A stretch of 63,151 bases of DNA, filler included, from Bigelowiella natans CCMP2755 (lineage: Eukaryota > Protista > Cercozoa), in NCBI GenBank assembly GCA_000320545.1. It is 6 parts of 6 records of this genome, joined end to end, with 100 filler letters (N's around TTAATTAATTAA, not from the genome) between each part and the next. Parts side by side here need not be neighbours in the genome. Positions count along the whole stretch, not along the records: positions 50,931 to 63,151 come from ADNK01001939.1; 5 more parts are not named here. One strand, written 5' to 3'. The notes under the pieces are model-generated. The model had not been told where the DNA came from. It worked only from the letters and a program-made list of their open reading frames with translations, and did no database searches. Below are positions 55,161 through 63,151 of this stretch, piece by piece; position 1 is the stretch's first letter, and every line of letters begins with the position of its first letter. The position numbers were made by a program, and so were the translations under genes.

Positions 55161-56235
55161 GCACATCGTGCATTGCGATGCAAGCTCAATGCACAACGCG
55201 AAAGTGACAATCATTGAAAAGCTTTGATCAATTTGTTGTCACCCGTCTAGCCGTCTCACATCATTCGATCAGACTGGCGCATGTCAAACACAGCGTTGCC
55301 TGAATTTTGGTCGCAGTGGTTGCAGCCACACGTGCATCTCTGGAGGTGGTGCTGTCCCAAAACTGCATCTTGCTAGCTTGCACAGCATTGAAAAATCATG
55401 CTTCGTCTCAGCAAAGCCAGACCTAGCCATGGCGAGCCAGCTAGCCAGGCTGGCTAGCTGGTGACAGCCAGACAGCTAGACAGCCTGCTAGCTGCCATTG
55501 GCGAGGCATCATGTGTTCCTTGTGATTGGCCTGGCGCAACGCTGTGCTACTCTAGCACTGGGCATGGCTAGATGCGCCACAACAAACGTCCCATGTCCCA
55601 TGTGTGTGCAGCGTGAATTTCAAACGTGTGATCATTGTGCGTTGCGGCAACAGCCGTGCACCTAGCTAGTTAGGCCAATCCAGCAATGCCCAAATGCATC
55701 GCACCAAATTGGCTAGCCAGCTGGAGGAAGTGCACGCGCGCGAGGCGCCGTCTGATCTAACAATGCAAAAGAACAAGACGAGTGAACGAGGCTGCACATC
55801 AGGGCGCACGGCATCGCAATGACCGTCGCCATGGACTGCAAGTGCACACTAGCGCACAAAATGCACAAATTGCGCAATCTAGCAATGTGATGACACGCAC
55901 ACACTGTCTAGCTAGCATACCTGTTGATGTGCAACTGTTAGCCAGCATGCATGGTGTTGCTGTGTGAAATGAAAGTTCTTGCTTCAAGTTGCAACCACAA
56001 CAAACATCAGATTTGGACAAGATTTCAGATGAGAAATTTGAAATTTGCATGCAATGGACACATGCTTAGCATGCTAGCATGACACATCTAAACATTCCAT
56101 GTTCATGATCATGCGTTCATTGAATTCTTCGTCGACACACGAACGCTGGCATGATGAATCTCACTCGACTGAGACACACTTATTGCGCAACACGTGTGCG
56201 TGGAGGTGACTAGGTGAAACTGATCGAAAAGTAGT

Positions 56236-57108
56236 CTACAAGGTGGGGTCGCAGTTGCCATAATCTGTGTCGTCGCAAATGTACTCACAATCGTCCTCTG
56301 CGCTCCAATCAACAAACTTCTTGATCAGCGCCGACGCACTGGGGCGTTTCTATGGAACAATGACAAATTACACACACAGTAACATTTTGGGCACATTGCA
56401 TCACATCGCGTTTGCCTATTGCACAACAAAATGTGAAGAAGAGAAAACAAAATCATCACACGCGCACGCACACAAAAGTGATGATGATGGATGGCGAATC
56501 ATCCACACCGCACGACTCGCCACGGGCGTTGCTTTTGCGCGGACAATCCCTCTCACCGTTGAATCGACAATGACTCCTCCACGACCGCTGCCCCCCTCCT
56601 AAACAACAGCATCTCGACTCAAAACAGGCGTCGTGCTTGGAATGCACCTCTTGCGAGAGAGTGTTCGGAGAATGACCGACCTACCTTGATATCGTGATCA
56701 GCAGAAGATTTTCCCTCTGAGATTTTCTTTTTCAGCCGATTGAGCAGGCTATTTGCGCATATCTTTGGGATGCCCATTTCACACAAAAGGCCGACGTCGC
56801 AATCTTCTAGCATCGAGCACTCCAATTCCTCCTCGAGAACCACCTGCGACCGTAAGCGAAGAAATTTGTGAAAGAGAGAGGGAGTCTTCCAGTGATTCTA
56901 CTAACTATTTTAGCTCTCATCATGGCGTGAATGGTACCTCGATGCATTTCGCCCATTTCTTGTTTCCTGCGTTGGCAAACGTCTTGATGAAGCCCACGAT
57001 GTCCTCATGGTCCCAGTCAGCAACTGCTTTTTCGTTTCCATTTTGGTGCCGGTTAGAATTCTTGGGCACATGTGCGTATACAACGAGTCATATTGGGAAT
57101 GAAATGTG

Positions 57109-57146
<38 letters not shown>

Positions 57147-58066
57147 AGAGAGAGGGAGGGAGGGGAAGGGAGCTTCCAAGAACCTTAATGCTGAATTGGA
57201 AGCACAGGCTCAACAACATTTCTGCTCGAGGAGGCACCTCAGTGTCATTAGGGATCTGAAAAACGATTTATTAGGAATATAACAAACGATGGGTGTTACA
57301 ATACACAACGCATCATGGTGTTCACCGGAAAAAATGAATTATAAAAAATTGAGAGGAAGAAAAATTGAAAAGTTATATCATCGTTATAAATCATCGATGA
57401 AACACTCACCTTAAGAGGCATCCGTCCCTTTCGAAGCTCGTTCTTGAAATTATCGGGGTTCCTCAGTATTCTATGTGGCTTTTCTCCTTTGGTCAATATC
57501 TCCCAGACAGTAACGCCGAACATCCAGATGTCGGATTTCTGGCTGAATTCGTGTTGCAGCAGGCTTTCTGGTGCACACCAGGACCACGGTATGAGCGTCT
57601 TCAGGTTCGTCATCATGTAGATTTTGCTGTCATCCTGTAAATTGAAATCAAAAACATGGGGAGGAACACCACAGAGTGAGAAGGGGGAAGCGGAGGCGCC
57701 GTGTCAAGAACGGAAGGCGGTCAGTCGCACAGACAAGCTGCAAGACTGTGCAGTCCTGAGTCGTATCCGTCGTAACAGAAATAACGGCGGTGTAGCAAGG
57801 GGGGGGCTGGGGATAGTAACAATCGTATCAACGACAACAAGAATGGTAGTGAAAGTGATCCCGCTTTGATTCTGACTTTTCGATCGTCGAAAACACAGTT
57901 GAGTTCATTCTACAGAGAGGTGGATGTCACGCCACAACAGATTTATTACCTGTGTGCTCCTAGATAACCCGTAGTCACCAAGAACCACCGCCCCGTTTGC
58001 TTTGAGAAAGAGGTTGCGGCATGCGATGTCTCGATGAACAAGCCCACCTATGTTCATGGAACCATC

Positions 58067-58106
<40 letters not shown>

Positions 58107-59516
58107 TGCACGCGCGCGCGTATCTGCTTTTCAGTAGCTGCGTGATCCCTAGGTTACTTAAAAACCATCATTACGACTTCTGCTGCTAGATACGAAGGAA
58201 GGAAAATAACGATATAATGCCAGAGCTACTTTGGTGGAATGCGGCAAGCCCGCTGAGAACGCCTCCCACAACCTGCCAGAACCTCTCTTTCGCGGTAAAA
58301 TCTTCCTTCTTGTGCAGCGCATCCAAGCTACCTGTTATGAACGACGAGGACACGCAGTACCGTTGACACTCTAAAATCACGATGATGATGATGATGATGA
58401 TGATGATGGTGCGGGTCTACGACGCGCCGCAACCATGTCATGCCTTGCGAAACCCACACAATTGAATTTTGAGTCGGAGGGAGAGGGAGGGAGGAGTGGG
58501 TACTTGGAGCAGGAATAAACAATATTCGGCGGTTCGCCAATGGTTATTCTACACGCACCAAAAATAACTAATTCGCTCATAAGGGTAAACGTGGAAAGGA
58601 GGGGGCAGGGGAGAAGGGAGCCTCGTTGCCTTTTTCGCAGAATTCGCTGAGAAAATGAACGCGCTCATCGATGGTGACGATTCCATAGAACAGGAGGAGA
58701 TTCGGGTGTGGCTTCAACTTGGAGAGGATCAGGAGCTGTCGTCACATGGCGAATGAGTTTGCTACAATGCAGACCGCACTGTCTAACAAATATTCAAGAA
58801 TACAAGGAAAGCGAGAAAGAGGGAGAACCGGAAGAACACGCCATGCGACAGCCTGCTCGAACCTACCTCGGAGAGAAGATCTTTGCTGAGATTGGTTTCA
58901 TTCCCGATGCGCTTCATCGCAGCGACCTGAGGAAATGCAATGGGTGTAATCGCCCAAACATCATTTACTCCACTGCCATCCTCCTCGTATCATCCCATAT
59001 ATGTTATACCCGTGGCAGAGGGTGAAGAGACAACAAAATCCGTAACAGATCCCACTATACCACCACCACTACCAACACAATTTTATTGCCGATTAGTCTT
59101 TCTGCTGGTTGGTACATTGCAATGTACCGTTTTCTTGCCATCGATGGGAATCTCGACTCGAAACACCTTTCCAAATTGTCCTTCCCCGAGATCTCCAGTT
59201 TTCTTTACCTGGCGTTGAGTGAAACGGGTGAAAATCGGATGGATGGGGGCTGCAGTGTTGGGGAGATGTATGCTCGGTTGTCCAGGGCCAAGTTGCGCGA
59301 CGGGCGACAGCGAATTGGTCACAATCCCGAAGCACTTTCAGGCTCTAACATGACACACGTGTGGGAAGAGATTTGCCAAAAACCTTTTCTGGAGGGAACA
59401 TTTGGACACCTCCAAATTTCATTGAGCCGGCCGATGATGCCGTCGCTGATGACACGGTCTAGGAGGAAAACATTGAGCGTTCGTAAAAATACATCAAGCT
59501 TAAGTGTGCATCTGTC

Positions 59517-59555
<39 letters not shown>

Positions 59556-59715
59556 CCAACAGCTACTCCCTATACCTACCGTCTTACTCTCCAAGTCGTG
59601 CAAGTCCTCTTGCCTGCGGAGTTGCATGTAATCATTCGAGCATTCGTTCATGAATGTAGATTATGAAAAAGAATAATGCACTCCACCACATATGTTTATA
59701 AATTTATGCATATAC

Positions 59716-59752
<37 letters not shown>

Positions 59753-59940
59753 GAATATATTTTGTGTAATGAATAAATCGAATATATGAAACATTACAAA
59801 TTAGACATAAAAATAAATAATAAATAAAAAAATGAATAAATATAATATATACATAGTTATATAATAATATAAGCATACTCCTTATATTACTTAAGTGTAT
59901 GAATAAATATAAATAAATATTAGTATATATTAGTATTATA

Positions 59941-59983
<43 letters not shown>

Positions 59984-62776
59984 TATCTTCCGAATCCAGG
60001 CAGTTGCGCCATACGTGTATGGAAGCTGATCTTTAATTTTCCCTCGTAGCTTCAATGCAGTGGGACGTTCCTAGCATTGGGTATTATTTAAAACATAACA
60101 ACGCGTATATAACAAGTTAGCTGCTGTTTTATCACTACGAGTTATTTTTTCCAATATTTTTTATTTTAACTTCTTTAGACTCAGCGGTGCTGCCTCTATT
60201 TCGGTACAAGCACACATAGAATCCCTTGCATACACATGATTACATACGTTATTTTTCTCTTCGGTCTCCTTTCGCATTTGTTCTATCTCTCCCGTCGTTT
60301 CTCTTACCTTTTTTCCAGCTTCCGCCTCTTTTTTAGCCTTTTTCATCATCTCCCCAGCTTCCTTCCGCTTTAGTTGAGCCTCGTTGGCCTTTTGCCTGGC
60401 GTTCTCTTCAGCTTTTATAGGCGTTTTCTGAACCTTGGCATGGTTGCGTAGGAATGCCACGATATTTGAATGACCTCTCTTCTTAGCCCAATCTAACGCT
60501 GTTTTCCCTGTATGGCATCAATGAACAATTTGCAGTTGAATGCAGCAACGTCAGTGCATCAATCAAAGCAAATGAGCCGACATCTATTAAACCGTTACCA
60601 ACACTGCATAATTTACTAGGAAGCGCCTCTCAACCAAATTAATCCTTTCACACCCTTTCAAAATTAGAGACTCTGTCTTCTCCATCCACGTTCTCCGCCC
60701 GTCTATGATAATAACTATCACCCCACAACTACTATTAAGTTCACTACTAATGCGCACGTTTTCGTCTATTCAACTTGAATTTCCCATCCCAAACAATTTA
60801 AACGATGCAGCAACTACCGCAATTACTATCGATTCCTAAATTATCCACACTTCCTATCGCCATCATGAGCATTAACTACTGTTCAGTTCATAATTCTCTT
60901 CCTCATTTACTTCTAATCGTTTTCTTTAATCTATCATCCACATGATAAAGCTACTATTCCGTAACCTCTAATGCGAAAAACACTAGCAATCCTACTAAAG
61001 CTTCCACTGCTTCTCTCATACCAAACCAATACTATTCACCATCATCTCCCGTCCCAAACCAATACAAAAACACAACACTACAGCTAATGTACACACCGAT
61101 CTGCTCTATACGATAACTTTCTTGCAATCACACACTACACTACGCACCCAACGCTCACTGCCTTTTGGGTAATTCATGCCCTTACTGTTTACTCACACAT
61201 CGTTTTTCCTACTTGCTACTGACGCTGTTGCTAGCCGCTGTTGCTAGTGAACGTACCTCTGATGTCCTTGGCCTCGATGTTTGCCTTCATCCCAACAAGG
61301 GACTTCACAACATCTAGCTTGCCCATACGGGCGGCATAACTCAACGGCGTGTCACCTAACGGAGACCAACGACCCAAATCGATGCCATCAGTCAGATAGT
61401 GCAGAACATCCTCATCAAAACATAACAATACATATATAAATATACCAATCGATCATCCTCTCATCCATACCCCCCCCGCCCTCCTTTCCCGACTTTCTCT
61501 ACCTCTATAAAACTAAACAAATACGACTACACACACCACAATAACAACAATAATGATGCAACTACTACTACTACTACGACGACTACTACTACTGCTACTA
61601 ATCATATTACCACTCATTGTCAATGTAATATCACTACTGCATCTACATGCCATTACTGTTGACTCACACATCGCTTTTCCTACTGGCTACTGACGCTGTT
61701 GCTAGCCGCTGTTGCTAGTGAACGTACCATCGTTGTCCTTGGCCTCGATGTTTGCCTTCATCCCAACAAGGGACTTCACAACATCTAGCTCGCCATAGTA
61801 AGCGGCAATACCCAACGGCGTTTTTCCTAACGGAGACCAACGACCCAAATCGATGCCATCAGTCAGATAGTGCAGAACATCCTCATCAAAACATAACAAT
61901 ACATATATAAATATACCAATCGATCATCCTCTCATCCATACCCCCCCCGCCCTCCTTTCCCGACTTTCTCTACCTCTATAAAACTAAACAAATACGACTA
62001 CACACACCACAATAACAATAATAATGATACCAATACTACTACTACGACGACTACTACTACTGCTACTAATCATATTACCACTCATTGTCAATGTAATATC
62101 ACTACTGCATCTACATGCCATTACTGTTGACTCACACATCGTTTTTCCTACTTGCTACTGACGCTGTTGCTAGCCGCTGTTGCTAGTGAACGTACCAAAT
62201 CTGTCCTTGGCCTCGATGTTTGCCTTCATCTCAACAAGGAACTTCACAACATCTAGCTTGCCATAACGGGCGGCATAACCCAACGACGTTTGACCTAACG
62301 GAGACCAACGACCCAAATCGATGCCATCAGTCAGATAGTGCAGAACATCCTTATCAAAACATAACAATACATATGAATATATCTATCGATAGACTTCCCT
62401 CTTTTAAATTCCTATATCGATACTAAAATTTCTACTCAATCTCACATTTCACCCTCGTGTTCCCGCACTGTTCCTTCATCCAAAATAAAGTTACATGTTC
62501 AATCACTCATTTCCACAAAAATTTGATTCCGTTTCCCCGATGCCATTCTTTACCCTTCTACCCACCCCTGGCCATTGCAAAATCCTACACCGTCACTCAC
62601 ACCACTCGGTACTGGATCTCATTTGCCACTCGTTGTTCACAGCTGCCGCAGCTATATCATATTAGCTTACCATTATCATCCCTCTCCTCGATATTGCCTC
62701 CTCGCGATATCAAACGCTCCAGACGATGGACATCATTGTCCTGCACAGCCTTGTGGATGGATGAGTTGCTCCCCAT
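56236..62776 (-). CDS. Ankyrin-repeat / coiled-coil / tyrosine-kinase-like protein kinase with SAM domain and a probable N-myristoylation signal; multi-exon
   Basis: Exon 1 (62776-62671) MGSNSSIHKAVQ...; three 99-nt ankyrin exons; cap exon from 60507 (GKTALDWAKKRGHSNIVAFL); kinase LGEGQFGKV, AAMK, HPNLL, HRDIACRN, DYGLSR, PWSWCAPE, SDIWMFGVTVWE; SAM VADWDHEDIVGFI...LCEMGIPK; last exon KRPSASALIKKF...TAG at 56236. Confidence 0.85.
61175..62392 (-). repeat. Tandem array of three ankyrin exon cassettes (periods 471 and 468 bp)
   Basis: Exons 62294-62196, 61826-61728 and 61355-61257 are each 99 nt, phase 1-1, flanked by ctccgttag| and |gtacgttcactagcaacagcgg. Introns 61356-61727 and 61827-62195 are nearly identical. 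Confidence 0.95.
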
Positions 62777-63151
62777 GGTTGGTTTGTTGTTTGTTGTTTG
62801 TTGTCTGCCGAGGCAGGTGCATTTCCATTTCCGAAGTGCGACAACAAAATGCACGATGCATTTCTAAAACGGCCAAAAGGCCGTGGATTTCCAACAGAAA
62901 TGAATGAAAAATGTCAGGAGATTGTGGATGATGGGATTGATCACTACGCGGATTTTTTAGACAAAATCACCAGGAAAAAAAATCACGGGAAAAAATCTGT
63001 CATCAGAGCATCTCTTTCTCAGCGATGCCCAATGGTTGACTGACTGAGATGTCATGGATGGGTTCTTGCTCAGTTTGAGGTTCAATGCTCAATGCTCAAT
63101 CAGGCAGCGTGGCCTGTGATCCCCCCCTTCCCCCCCAACGCACACACTCTA

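Noticed and set aside
53090-56050. Many long overlapping ORFs on both strands (also 6942-8668)
   Set aside because: A by-product of TpA loss, which removes TAA and most TAG stops. Only the LINE-homologous frames have support.
61231-62367. Three separate 65-aa ORFs, or a CRISPR/DGR-like array
   Set aside because: The ORF starts lie in intron sequence. The units are GT-AG-bounded 99-nt exons. There are no cas genes or DGR reverse transcriptase, and the variation is not adenine-specific.

Overview
This is a eukaryotic nuclear scaffold: intron-rich genes, microsatellite-rich introns, an intron-containing tRNA-Tyr and COX6A. The style suggests a protist or alga, possibly chlorarachniophyte-like, which is inference only. 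Five 100-nt assembly spacers (N44-TTAATTAATTAA-N44) interrupt it. Gene models were spliced by eye, so boundaries are approximate. Genes in order: a secreted NHL/Ser-Pro-Thr-repeat/LamG protein; a Methyltransf_24 enzyme; tRNA-Tyr; a NUG1/GNL3 GTPase; an NHL/SPT-repeat/REJ/GPS/multi-TM polycystin-1-like receptor that is an inverted paralogue of the first gene; an aldo-keto reductase; two unknown genes; COX6A; a SABATH methyltransferase; a TBC Rab-GAP; a VWD-like protein; a Gypsy-like integrase plus 3' LTR; LINE relics; and an ankyrin-kinase-SAM gene. Two signals stand out. (1) The ankyrin array is built from tandem 99-nt one-repeat exons whose introns are about 98% identical, while the exons differ at 14-18 of 99 nt, almost all non-synonymously and mostly at the target-binding positions, like a natural DARPin library. 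(2) Transposon relics have lost nearly all TpA to TpG/CpA except in CTAG. This resembles a RIP-like A:T->G:C hypermutation. It has a base-sharp edge at a younger, untouched LTR and shows reciprocal Tyr->His/Tyr->Cys changes in two LINE copies.
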